Shown: piece after piece, positions 35,539 to 45,214 of the stretch
Position numbering within the stretch: position 1 is the stretch's first letter
Layout of the letters: each line of letters opens with the position of its first letter
Origin: a virus
Strand: one strand, 5' to 3'
Virus genome (UHGV): UHGV-0212364
Length of the DNA stretch: 55,769 bases
Position numbers and translations under genes: made by a program
Notes under the pieces: generated by a model
Told to the model about the DNA's origin: nothing
Database searches by the model: none
What the model saw: the letters and a program-made list of their open reading frames with translations, nothing else

Positions 35539-36378
35539 ATGGAACGGTCGTTTACAATGTATAAGGCTTTCATGGATATGGTGTCCCAACCACATCTTCT
35601 AATCGCCGGCGCAACCGGCTCGGGTAAATCGGTGTTACTGCACAACTTGATTTACCACCTGCTCGGCGGGCGCGCCGGACATAGCGCGCCCAACCTGTAC
35701 CTTATCGACCCCAAGCGGGTTGAGCTGATAGATTATGCCGACCTGCCTCAGACCGCGATGCACGCGACAGAGCCAGCCGACATTATACGCGCGCTGGAGA
35801 GCGTGGGCAGGCTGATGGATAATCGTTATCGCTTGATGATGGAGCGCCCGAACCCCGCCGAACGAAAGTTTTACGGCGAACCGGCTGTATACATCGTTAT
35901 CGACGAGCTGGCCGACCTTATGACGACCAGCAAAAAGCAGGTCACACCGCTGCTTGCGCGGCTGACCCAACTTGGACGCGCGGCGAACGTCCATGTGATC
36001 GCCGCAACCCAGCGCCCGACCCGCGACCTAATCAACGGTCAGATTGCCGTCAACATCGATGCGCGCGTGGCGCTCAGATGTCCGACCGCGCAAGACAGCC
36101 GCAACATAATCGGCGTTGCGGGCGCAGAAAACCTGCCGCGTTACGGTAGCTGCATCTATCGTAATCCGGATGGTATCACGCGGTATACGGTTCCGCGCAT
36201 ACCGCCCGACGAAATTCAAACGGCGGTCGAATGGCTGATCGCAGGCAGGTCAAGCCGTTCCCGCCACGAACGCGAATATGTGCGCGTTGGCGGCACGCTC
36301 CGGCGCGGTGAGGATTTACGCGACTTGGGTCAACCGCAATGGTTGAGGGCGCTGAAAAGAATGTTTGTTAAGCGATAA
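35539..36378 (+). CDS. Stand-alone FtsK/SpoIIIE ATPase domain
   Basis: PHLLIAGATGSGKS, IDPKRVEL, IVIDELADLM, GRAA, ATQRP. Confidence 0.92.
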   Translation: MERSFTMYKAFMDMVSQPHLLIAGATGSGKSVLLHNLIYHLLGGRAGHSAPNLYLIDPKRVELIDYADLPQTAMHATEPADIIRALESVGRLMDNRYRLMMERPNPAERKFYGEPAVYIVIDELADLMTTSKKQVTPLLARLTQLGRAANVHVIAATQRPTRDLINGQIAVNIDARVALRCPTAQDSRNIIGVAGAENLPRYGSCIYRNPDGITRYTVPRIPPDEIQTAVEWLIAGRSSRSRHEREYVRVGGTLRRGEDLRDLGQPQWLRALKRMFVKR

Positions 36379-36422
36379 GTAGCCGCGGGCGCGGGAAAGC
36401 GCCGGGTGTGGAGGGAAAACGA

Positions 36423-36816
36423 TATGCAAACTTTGAATGACGTTATAGCCGCCGGAAAGCGCGTGGTTGGTTTGTGCGCCGGACGGCATCAACTACCGGT
36501 GGATGAATACATTTATGGCGAAATCAAGGACGTTCTTGATTTCGCGAGGCTGCTCCATATCGCGGACAAATATGTGTACGAACATTGTTGTCCGCACAAT
36601 GCGATCGGCAGTGCCATTAACGGCAACGACTTGACCGACACTAAAATAGTCGTCGGTGAGCCGCTGAACGTTATTGTGACAGGGCTAACGCCCTGCACGA
36701 CAGCCGTCATGTACGCTTGTGCATGTTACGGCGTTGATCTGACGCTGTGGCACTACGATCGCGACGCAAACGATTATAAGCCTCAGTCGTTCCGTTTCGC
36801 CATAACCCCGCAATAG
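36423..36816 (+). CDS. Hypothetical protein
   Basis: SD GGAGGG; GLCAGRH, VTGLT, LWHYD. Confidence 0.65.
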
Positions 36817-36969
36817 TTTAGTGTCGCTCATATGAGCGGCATTTTCTTTGCAAAAAGGAACGCTTTTTGATATAATGGCATTGCCCTGGTATGTTTTCCT
36901 TGCTTGCAAAGTCAAGACTTCAAAAGTATTCCTTTTTCCACACTTTTTTAGAAAGGGGCATTATGAGGT

Positions 36970-37224
36970 ATGTTCAAGCTATATAAAAGATACAAAGAGG
37001 CAAAGCAGGCGACCCCAGAAGAAAACGACGCCGCGATTGAAGCAGCTAAAGCCCGCATACTGGCGGCTGGCGAAGACGAATCGCCGGAATTTGAAATGAT
37101 ATTTCGCGATGCGCTGAGTGCGAAGGATAATCGCGTTATGTGCTGGCGGCTTATCCGGGCGGTAGTATTTCTGTCGCTGCGCCGCTGTTTTACGTTCTGG
37201 CGGATTGTCTTTTTCGGGTGGTGA
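36970..37224 (+). CDS. Small protein with hydrophobic/basic C-terminus
   Basis: Downstream of promoter TTGCAA(36848)-17 bp-TATAAT(36871). Confidence 0.55.
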   Translation: MFKLYKRYKEAKQATPEENDAAIEAAKARILAAGEDESPEFEMIFRDALSAKDNRVMCWRLIRAVVFLSLRRCFTFWRIVFFGW

Positions 37225-37231
37225 ATAGAAG

Positions 37232-38302
37232 ATGCTAGCGCCGGAAATTTTTACAAAGAAGATTGAACGCGACATGATGCGCGCATTCGATAAGCTGGAT
37301 ACGTTGCCCGCCATACGCGAGGAAGCAAAGGCAGAAGGCGCTTGGCCTGACTGGGCGGCGCTGCCTACCGGCGCGGGGTACGCCGCCGTTTGCAAGCAGT
37401 ACGGCCTTACCACTATAAATATGCTCGAATATGCAGCCGATATTCTGAATGTTGAGGCCGCATATCTGTGGCGCAAGTCAAAGCAGATTTTTGCTTTTGA
37501 CGAAATCCTTGAAAAAGAGCTTATTGAGCAGGACTTCCCCGGCGAGATACCCGGCGACGTGCTTTTATGCTTCCCCGTCCCGTGCGTATACGTCCAGCTT
37601 CACGCGCGCAGCATAATCTTTGATGCGCCAATTCCTGCCGACGGGTTTTTCGCGTGGATAAAGTGGAACTCCCACAGTCGGCAGAAAGAGCTGACGGTAA
37701 TCGCCCTCGACGCCGACGGCAACCGTATCGATGCGGATGTGTGTCCACTTGAGGGCACAATTGAAGAAGCAGTCAAGGGATTAAGATGCACCTCGGCGTT
37801 GCAATATTTGACTGACACGCACAATGCGTTTGGGCGCAACCCCGAGTTATTGAGCAAAGTCCTTAACGGTGTAGTCGGCTATGGCGAATCTGAAAACATT
37901 TTCCGCAAGATTATCAACCTGCTGCTCTACCTCTGCACCGATGAACCCGACTACGACAATCGTCCGCGCCGCGTAAAGGCAAAGCCCACGTACACCACCT
38001 ATACGCCCGAGCGCCCGCCGCGCCGGACGAATATTACTAACGTTGGTACGCGCATAGGGGCGGCTATACGCCTTGACCGCCAAAAGGCAAAAGAGCTTAA
38101 CGAGGAAGCAGAACAGCAGCAGCAGTCTGAACGCAGGAAGCACGCGTCGCCCATCGCGCATATACGGCGCGGGCACTATCATTCCTTTTGGACGGGCGCG
38201 AAAGAATCCGTTGACCGCAAGATAGTGGTCAAGTGGCTGCCGCCCATGCTGATAAATGGCGATAAGGGCGAAATAGTGCCCACTATACGGCCAGTTAAAT
38301 GA
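37232..38302 (+). CDS. AcrVA2/FinQ-like protein
   Basis: WR.SKQIF.FD, P..CVYV, LLLYLC..EPD, VG.RIGAA, HIRRGHYHSFW, KWLPP. Confidence 0.65.
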   Translation: MLAPEIFTKKIERDMMRAFDKLDTLPAIREEAKAEGAWPDWAALPTGAGYAAVCKQYGLTTINMLEYAADILNVEAAYLWRKSKQIFAFDEILEKELIEQDFPGEIPGDVLLCFPVPCVYVQLHARSIIFDAPIPADGFFAWIKWNSHSRQKELTVIALDADGNRIDADVCPLEGTIEEAVKGLRCTSALQYLTDTHNAFGRNPELLSKVLNGVVGYGESENIFRKIINLLLYLCTDEPDYDNRPRRVKAKPTYTTYTPERPPRRTNITNVGTRIGAAIRLDRQKAKELNEEAEQQQQSERRKHASPIAHIRRGHYHSFWTGAKESVDRKIVVKWLPPMLINGDKGEIVPTIRPVK

Positions 38303-38305
38303 GCT

Positions 38306-38339
38306 AAAAAGAGCGAGGGTTAATTGCCCTCGCTCTTTT
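38306..38339. terminator. Bidirectional terminator at the convergent junction
   Basis: AAAAAGAGCGAGGG-TTAATTG-CCCTCGCTCTTTT. Confidence 0.85.
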
Positions 38340-38898
38340 CGTCGGTTGTCTCTTTTCCATCAGCCGATTCGGGCAGATACTTTGCTTCGATTACCTCCAC
38401 GCTTTGCAGCTCCGGTGCAGTAGACACTCGATGAGACGGTGCTTCGACGTTGCCCGTCACATAGCCAAAGTTATTTTGCCCGATGAGCTTGCCCACGCCC
38501 GAATCAATCATGCCGGTTTGCATGTTGGATTCCCAAACCGCTTCAAGCAGACTTAGCGCACGCCGCGCCGTATACATGTACCGCTTATCCTCACTGCGCG
38601 TTTCGCCGTTTGCCCACGCAAAGATAGTCGCGCGCGTTACGCCCAGCGCGTTAGCCAGCCCGGCCACGCCCGGCGGTATGCCGTTGTTGGAGCATTGGTC
38701 AAAGTACCATTGCACGCGCTCCGCTACCGCCATTGGGTCATTGAGGTTGAGCGGAGGCATTGAGTATACGGCCATTGCAGCGCTGATAAGCATACGATTT
38801 GGGCTATCTTCCAACGCTTGCGTGCGTTGAGCCTGCTTGCGGTCGCGCCCGCGCTGGGCTAAGATTTGCCGCGACTTTTCCCCGACTTTTGACGGCAT
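38320..38898 (-). CDS. Probable terminase small subunit
   Basis: ERV..YF..C.....P.VAGLA.ALGV.R.T...W and C-terminal KxxxxNNFGY; no other TerS candidate near terL. Confidence 0.6.
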   Translation of the reverse strand: MPSKVGEKSRQILAQRGRDRKQAQRTQALEDSPNRMLISAAMAVYSMPPLNLNDPMAVAERVQWYFDQCSNNGIPPGVAGLANALGVTRATIFAWANGETRSEDKRYMYTARRALSLLEAVWESNMQTGMIDSGVGKLIGQNNFGYVTGNVEAPSHRVSTAPELQSVEVIEAKYLPESADGKETTDEKSEGN

Positions 38899-38902
38899 AT
38901 CT

Positions 38903-39559
38903 TTACGCCCCCCTGTGTATACTGCGCTGTGCATCAAAGCCAGATGGATAGCGGCGTTCCAGCTTTTCGACGTTGCGCTTTGCCACGTCTTCCAGTGTCA
39001 CTCCAAGACCCGCCGCCGCTTCGGCGACATACCACATTACGTCACCCAGTTCTTCGATCAGGTGATTTACGTCCAGCTCATGCCCCTGAAACCTGTGCTT
39101 CTTGAGTATGTCGCAGCATTCACCGCTTTCGCCCGCCAAACCGAGACAGCCGTTATCAAGTCTATGCTTGCCCGTACTGGTTCGCTGCGCAAGCGTCTGA
39201 TATTCATTAAGCGTCATTTTCCCTTTTTTCCTCCAAATCTTTATACTGTCGTTGTCACTTAATCCGCTGCGAGCAAACGCCCGATTTATCGTTTCTTTGG
39301 ACACTCCAAATTTACTGGCTATACGCGCGTATGACATGCCCGTGCTTCGTAAATCATACATGCTTTTAAGCGTCTGCTCATCAATTTTTATCCTGCGCGG
39401 GCATGGTATGTGCGGCAGTTCCAAAAGCTGGAATCGCCGACTTATGGCACGCTTGGAGATAAAGTAAGCCGCTGCCAGCTCATCTAGCGTTGAGCCACGG
39501 CAATGTTTTTCATACATTTCAAGCGTTTCAAGCCTGACTTCCGGACGCATTATGTTCAC
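38903..39559 (-). CDS. Tandem HTH domains in frame with a MazG-like NTP pyrophosphohydrolase (internal start 39217)
   Basis: GLAGESGE, EELGDVMWY, N..KL..RYP. Confidence 0.8.
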   Translation of the reverse strand: MNIMRPEVRLETLEMYEKHCRGSTLDELAAAYFISKRAISRRFQLLELPHIPCPRRIKIDEQTLKSMYDLRSTGMSYARIASKFGVSKETINRAFARSGLSDNDSIKIWRKKGKMTLNEYQTLAQRTSTGKHRLDNGCLGLAGESGECCDILKKHRFQGHELDVNHLIEELGDVMWYVAEAAAGLGVTLEDVAKRNVEKLERRYPSGFDAQRSIHRGA

Positions 39560-39764
39560 TACCTAAAATGCCATCATCATTATAAGAAATGCTGCTAAAG
39601 TTCCCAGAAACACTATAATTCCCAGAAGCGCGAGGGCAATCAATACTTGCATGATCTTATCAACGATTTCAGAAAAATCCATCAGTCATTACCTCCCTGG
39701 CAGGCCAGCAATATCAGTATCATTACCGAGCAAAGCAGTATCAGTGCGGCTATCTGCATAAACT

Positions 39765-40976
39765 TCAATCTGCCGTCACTTCCTTAACTGCCTTTCGTAC
39801 ATTTGGACTGTGTTTTGCCCAATTCAAATATTGCGACACGACACGGCTTATGATTTCGTCTTTATGTTCATCCAGAAACTTTTCAGCCGCTTTTCCGACC
39901 AACTTGCTATAATAATACTTGCGGTTCCAGTCAGCTCCAAGATACTGCCTTTCGACGTCTGCATATATCCTGTCAATTATAGTTTGTTCGGCGTTGTCGG
40001 CAATACGGCGGGCAATGCCCTCAGTGTCAACGTCTAATGAGATAGTAAACGTCTGCTGCATTATGGCTGAACCTCCTTATCGCTCGCAAAATATACTTTT
40101 AATTGACCGCTGCTTGCCGTAACTCGCGTAACCTCTTTATCAAATATCTCATCTCGCACCATGCTTCGAGCGGCGCAAGCTATTATGTCTGCCTCCATAA
40201 AAGGGTCGTCTTCCTGCGTCAGCGTCAGCAGCGTGTGTTCTTCGATCACCTTTAGCAAATCATTTATAGTCATGCTTCATCACTCCTCGTAATATATCTC
40301 ATTTACCGGATTGCCGTCAACGGAAGCACTTGCAACCTTCATAATGGCAGAATCAAGGATTTCCCGACGCAACGACTTCAGTAACGGTTTAGGCCCAGAC
40401 ACAATAGGTTTTGCTGGCAAATCACTTTCGTTGACATTTCTCAGACTGACCGGTTGGTAGTCGTCAAGCAATTCAAGTATCATTTTTACTGTGGCCTTCA
40501 CTTCTGCGCCCATTGTCATTTCTCCAATCTCCACCGCCAGCGCCGTACAATTTGTACCATCTTCCATTTATTTTTACTGCTTCCCGTCCGTCCCAATCTA
40601 TAAATCTAGCTCCGTCTGGCGCATCCTCATCGGGCGTGGACGGCGAATAATGGCGAAACGGCGGCTTGCACACTGTTCCGTCTTTGAGTTTAAGCCCAAT
40701 TACTGTTATTGTCTCATTGCCACGCATACTTTACCACTCCGCCCTCCCTTTTCCGCCGCAGCCATACGGCGGAAACGTATAAACCATTTCAGCGTCTTGG
40801 TTCAGCAGCACAACCTTTTGGGTCAGCACTTTTCGTATTTTCTGCCATTCCTCGTTGCTTATGGCGCGATTCACTGTGCTACCGTCCTCAAAATCCACCA
40901 CCAATTCGCCGTCTTCATAACTGATTTCTATTGCGTGGTCTAAGTTAATCAGATTCTCGTTCAGTTCCATCCACAT
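39765..40976 (-). other. String of five small hypothetical middle genes
   Basis: Abutting ORFs 39765-40061, 40061-40273, 40280-40567, 40473-40727, 40731-40976. Confidence 0.5.
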
Positions 40977-41518
40977 GCTTCATTCCTCCTAAGTTCTATC
41001 CCGTCTACTTCATCGCCCCATACGTCCCATCCGGAGCACTGCGCGCGGGCAAATAGTTCTATACGCGGCGCATGGCTGACACGCTCTATCATGCGCCGCA
41101 TATCGTCGGGCTTGCGACTGTGCTCAGTGCGTATAGCGCTAAACCCGGTCACACCCTGCATTCTTTTGCCGTTTTCATCCCTTTTGTATGGTAATCGCTT
41201 GGGCGTTGTGGCGAAAATGCAATGCTCTGTTACCCCACGATAGTACTGCCCTAATCCCCGCCTGTCCTTTAGCCATGTAATCATAGTCACGTACTCAAAT
41301 CCCCACGCTTTAACCACCCGTAATGCATCCGGCAAAAAGTTATTCGTCGTCCATAAGTACAGATGGCATCCGTCCGGGTGAATAAGCTCTTGGACTGGCA
41401 ACGTCATGATTTCTTGAGTTCGCATCAACGGGTAATGACGGTCTGCGCCACGCTTTATCTTGCCGCCGCCACGCTCCATCCACGGCGGATCGGCATATAT
41501 GGTCTTGTACTTCGGCAT
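40961..41518 (-). CDS. MT-A70 family N6-adenine methyltransferase
   Basis: IYADPPW, LYLWTTN, WGF.Y, HSRKP, ELFAR, WGDE. Confidence 0.9.
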   Translation of the reverse strand: MPKYKTIYADPPWMERGGGKIKRGADRHYPLMRTQEIMTLPVQELIHPDGCHLYLWTTNNFLPDALRVVKAWGFEYVTMITWLKDRRGLGQYYRGVTEHCIFATTPKRLPYKRDENGKRMQGVTGFSAIRTEHSRKPDDMRRMIERVSHAPRIELFARAQCSGWDVWGDEVDGIELRRNEACGWN

Positions 41519-41519
41519 A

Positions 41520-42341
41520 TTACTCCTTATACGGCTCGTTCCAGCATTTTTTGCATTTATCACCATTATCAATGCAATCGCTAAAGGCTGTAAAGCCGCC
41601 AAACACCATCTTGCGGCATGCAATAGGCGAGTCATCCTTGTCACTTATTCTTGCATTCGGGAACTTTTCAAGGAACACGTCCTTATAAGTCCTGAACGGG
41701 TGTTCCTTAACCCATTCGTACAGCACTTTCAATTGTTCTGCTACCTTCTTAATTTCGTAGTCTTTAATAAGGCCTATTAAGCAAATTGTGTTTGCTTCTT
41801 TGTGAAGTGGACAGTCTTCGCAGTTAATGCCGTTGCACATCCGCTTACTCATTTCGTAGATCGTTTCAGGCATACGCTTCACACTCCTTCATCATCACGT
41901 TCTATCGTTCGCCTCTTCAGCGTTGTCTTTTTCATTCGCCCGCCTGTTCCATGCGGCCGCTGCGGCACATTCTGTTACCCAGGTCGTATATATTCGTCCG
42001 TTACAGCCAGTTCTACTGCACTGTACGCAGTATTTGTCACCGCGTAGCGCATCATGCTTTACTCTTAGCACTGCTTTGCTGCCACAAAACGGGCATCTTT
42101 TCAGTACTTTATGTTCCTGCTCTTTCATATCCGCATAATCTCCTTTGCACCCGCCCCCTCTTTCGGGCGGATTATCCTGTGCCCACTTGTATAGCTCTTC
42201 CAGCAGTCCAAGCACAAAGCCCCCTTGCGCTAAGGCGCATATTTCGCCGTCACTGAGCGGGCATTGGTAGCAATCTTCAATCGTCTCGCAGGCGCGCCGC
42301 GCCATTTCAACCGCCGTTTCGGTCATTGTTTGTCCTCCCAC
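41520..42341 (-). CDS. Two Cys-rich proteins; 41895-42341 ends in a Lar-like zinc finger
   Basis: C..C..CPL motifs; LKRCPFCG...AWNRR. Confidence 0.6.
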
Positions 42342-43081
42342 GGAAGTTCCTGTCGGAAGTCGTCACCCATGATTTCGCGCAGGGATTCTTTCATAAACAC
42401 CTTCATCCTGGTAATATTCGCCGCGCTTACGATAAGGTCTATCCAAGAGCGGTCAGGCACTACTTTCCCTTTGCGGATGCCCGTTTCAGCGCCTATAATT
42501 ACCCATTTGTCACTACCAAACGAGCCTAGCCCAACGTATATCGGTTCGAGCAGCGGCTCTATGCTCGTAAAAGAATTGTATCCCCACTTTTGGAAGCGCT
42601 GCTTTTTTGCGCTGTCGCGGTCAATTGTACTTCCGAGCCACCAGTTGTCATGCTCGGTGAGTATGCCTTTTTCGATTAAGTCATAGTAGCGGTGTGGATT
42701 TTTAGTCAGGAAAATATATCTGTGTTGCGGTGCAGCATCGCAAGCCTTGAAAACCTCCTTGATCCACTCATCCGGCACCCACTCGCCGAAAAGGTCAGCC
42801 ATAGAACATACAAATATCGTGCGCGGCTTCTTCCACTTCTGCGGCTCATCCAGCTTATAGCGGTGGAAAGTGGGCTTGAAGCCGTAAGGATACGGTTCCG
42901 GCTCCGTGCGTACCCTGCGCGTTGGAACAGGAAGCACCGGCTCATACGGTCTTTCATATTTCTTTTCAGTGCTGAACCGCTCCGCAATCTTTCGCGCATA
43001 GCAGTATTCGCACCCATGCAAGCAACCGGTTACGGGGTTCCATGTGCTGTCGCACCAATCAATCTTGGTTTTGCTTCCCAT
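42323..43081 (-). CDS. DUF5131 (phage Gp37/Gp68) radical-SAM-like protein
   Basis: TWNPVTGC.HGC.YCYA, FVCSMADLF, LTKNP, SIEPLL, IGAETG. Confidence 0.9.
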   Translation of the reverse strand: MGSKTKIDWCDSTWNPVTGCLHGCEYCYARKIAERFSTEKKYERPYEPVLPVPTRRVRTEPEPYPYGFKPTFHRYKLDEPQKWKKPRTIFVCSMADLFGEWVPDEWIKEVFKACDAAPQHRYIFLTKNPHRYYDLIEKGILTEHDNWWLGSTIDRDSAKKQRFQKWGYNSFTSIEPLLEPIYVGLGSFGSDKWVIIGAETGIRKGKVVPDRSWIDLIVSAANITRMKVFMKESLREIMGDDFRQELPWEDKQ

Positions 43082-43101
43082 TTTTGCTATCTCCTTGCAC
43101 T

Positions 43102-43494
43102 TTACGGTCTCAGCTCAACATCCGGCAGTACGTCGGTATGGAAGTATATCTTGTAGTGATAAGGGTCTGTGTGCGTGCCGGTGATGTCCTCCACCACATA
43201 CAGCGTATAGTCGTTAAGGTATATGTAGTTCTTTTTGTACGTTGCAGGCCCGGTCTTGACAGTTACAACCAGCTCGTCGTCGGAATTATTGGATATACTC
43301 ATATACCCCTCTGCTTCCAGTACAACCTTATCCGTACGGGCGTTATAAACCGTTATTCGCCGCTCGCACTCGAAGTAGTCCGCTTGCTTATTAATATTGC
43401 TGTTGACCTTATCTGCCTCTGAGCACGCTGCAAGCAGCAGAATTGTGGCCACTAAAAAGGCTACTATTCCGATTCGCTTAAAACTCGTATTCAT
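43102..43494 (-). CDS. Lipoprotein
   Basis: Lipobox LLAAC after a hydrophobic signal. Confidence 0.8.
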   Translation of the reverse strand: MNTSFKRIGIVAFLVATILLLAACSEADKVNSNINKQADYFECERRITVYNARTDKVVLEAEGYMSISNNSDDELVVTVKTGPATYKKNYIYLNDYTLYVVEDITGTHTDPYHYKIYFHTDVLPDVELRP

Positions 43495-44780
43495 TCTTTT
43501 TCCTCCCCTAACGTACTTTCTGACGGTTCTACCACGTCCCATTTTCTGTCTCGCTTCCACCTTCTGCACCAGCATATGTCATAATCCATATACGATATGT
43601 AATGCTTGTCAATGTCGCAATAATTGCTGCCGGTTTCTGTGTCCCAAGCAAAATGATCGCAAGTAACGCACCTTCGCGCATTAACGTTGTCCCAATCTTC
43701 TTCCTTGACCTCGTATATCTTCAATTTGCCCATTTCCAAAAGCCTTTCTTTTCTCCCACCCGCCTGTTCCAACGCTTAATCGCCCGCTTGAGCGTCCCGT
43801 ATACTTGCCCGTACTGGCGGTAAATTACGCAATTGTGATGAGTGCATATGACGGTATACCCCTGCTTCGGCATGGCTTTCCCTTCCCGCCATACCGACTT
43901 GATGATCGGCGCGTGCCCGCAAAACGGGCACGCTTTTAATCTGCTCTTCCGTCTCATATTTCCAGCCTCGCCCCGCACTGCGGGCAGTATTTCCACCTGT
44001 CCTTAGTGGTCCATTCCGGCTTAATATAGCAGTCGTGGCACACACTGCACACGCGCAATCCGTTGTGCTCCAATTCTTCCCACTTCCCGTGCTTCCTGCG
44101 CTCCACCACCGGCGCGTTCTGTATCAGATCGTCCACCAGTATCAACGCAGTAAAGCTTGCATCGCCCATACAGACTTCCTGCTCAGCCATCAAATGCTCA
44201 AATTCGTCTATCAGCCTTTGCTTGTCAATCAATGCTCTGTCGGCCATGTTAAGTCTCACCATCCCCACGCATTTCCCTTTCATAAGCCGCCTTCCTCTTC
44301 TCCGGTCTCCCCAGTCGCGGCAAGTCGTTGTCCTTAAAGAATAGACGCGAAATGACGTTGCCGCCCGCATAGTAATATTCCTGTGCAATCTGCTCATACG
44401 TCGCGCCCTGCTTGTACCGTTCGTACATCTCCATGACTTTTGCCCGACGCTGTTCCATCCTTAGCGCCTTTACACTCAGTCCCATTTTCAGCAGGCGATT
44501 TTTTAGGTAGCTTAGAGACACGCCATACTCTGCCGCAACTGCTTCCGTACTTGCGCCCTGTTTAAGGCTCTCATACATCTTTAGGAAGTCTTCCTGCGTG
44601 TACTTCTGACTCATTCTCGCATTCTTCTTTCGTATTGTCTTTAGGCCTGTGCCCGGTTCTAAAGTCGTACAGCGGGCATTTCGTCGCCGTGCAAAGCCGT
44701 ATTTCCTTTGCCTGACCGCAACAGCAGTCAAAGCATTTAGCCCTTATCGCCCTAAGCGGCGACGCTGCTGTTCTGCTCAT
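43491..44780 (-). other. Cluster of small zinc-finger/HTH proteins including a second Lar-like gene (43721-43996)
   Basis: CPFCG..WNRR; C..C...YCPQCGA; double HTH in 44249-44614; CFDCCCG..CPL. Confidence 0.55.
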
Positions 44781-45214
44781 AATCCGATTTCCTCCAGTGT
44801 GACGTGTACCTGCTCCTTCTCGCCGTATTCTTTGGTCACGATTAGCTGGGCAACCTGACTGTCATCCGTGTATGCTAGCCTGTTCAGCGGGTCAAGCACT
44901 ATTTTGGCGATGTTGTCCGCATCGCACTTTTTCGTAAACCAAATGTCGTGCAGCAGCTCCGCGCGCCTTTTCTTGCTTGTAGACGCGGGCACCGCAAACG
45001 TCGCCTTTATCGTGGCCTTTAGCGCGCCTTCCATGCGTTCATCATGCGGATATGCCGCCATGTAGGCCAATTGCACATTCCGCTCGTATTTGCGCGTATT
45101 GTCCGGCGTATACATTTGTGCAAAGCCTCGCCGCACTGTCGCGCGCGGTCTCCCCTTGCCCTGTGGCTTGCCCGGTATCGTAAATTCCCGCTTTTTTCTG
45201 TCCAAAACCTTCAT
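44777..45214 (-). CDS. rusA: RusA-like Holliday junction resolvase
   Basis: GKPQGKGRPR, KCDADNIAK..LD.LN..AY.DDSQV. Confidence 0.88.
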   Translation of the reverse strand: MKVLDRKKREFTIPGKPQGKGRPRATVRRGFAQMYTPDNTRKYERNVQLAYMAAYPHDERMEGALKATIKATFAVPASTSKKRRAELLHDIWFTKKCDADNIAKIVLDPLNRLAYTDDSQVAQLIVTKEYGEKEQVHVTLEEIGL

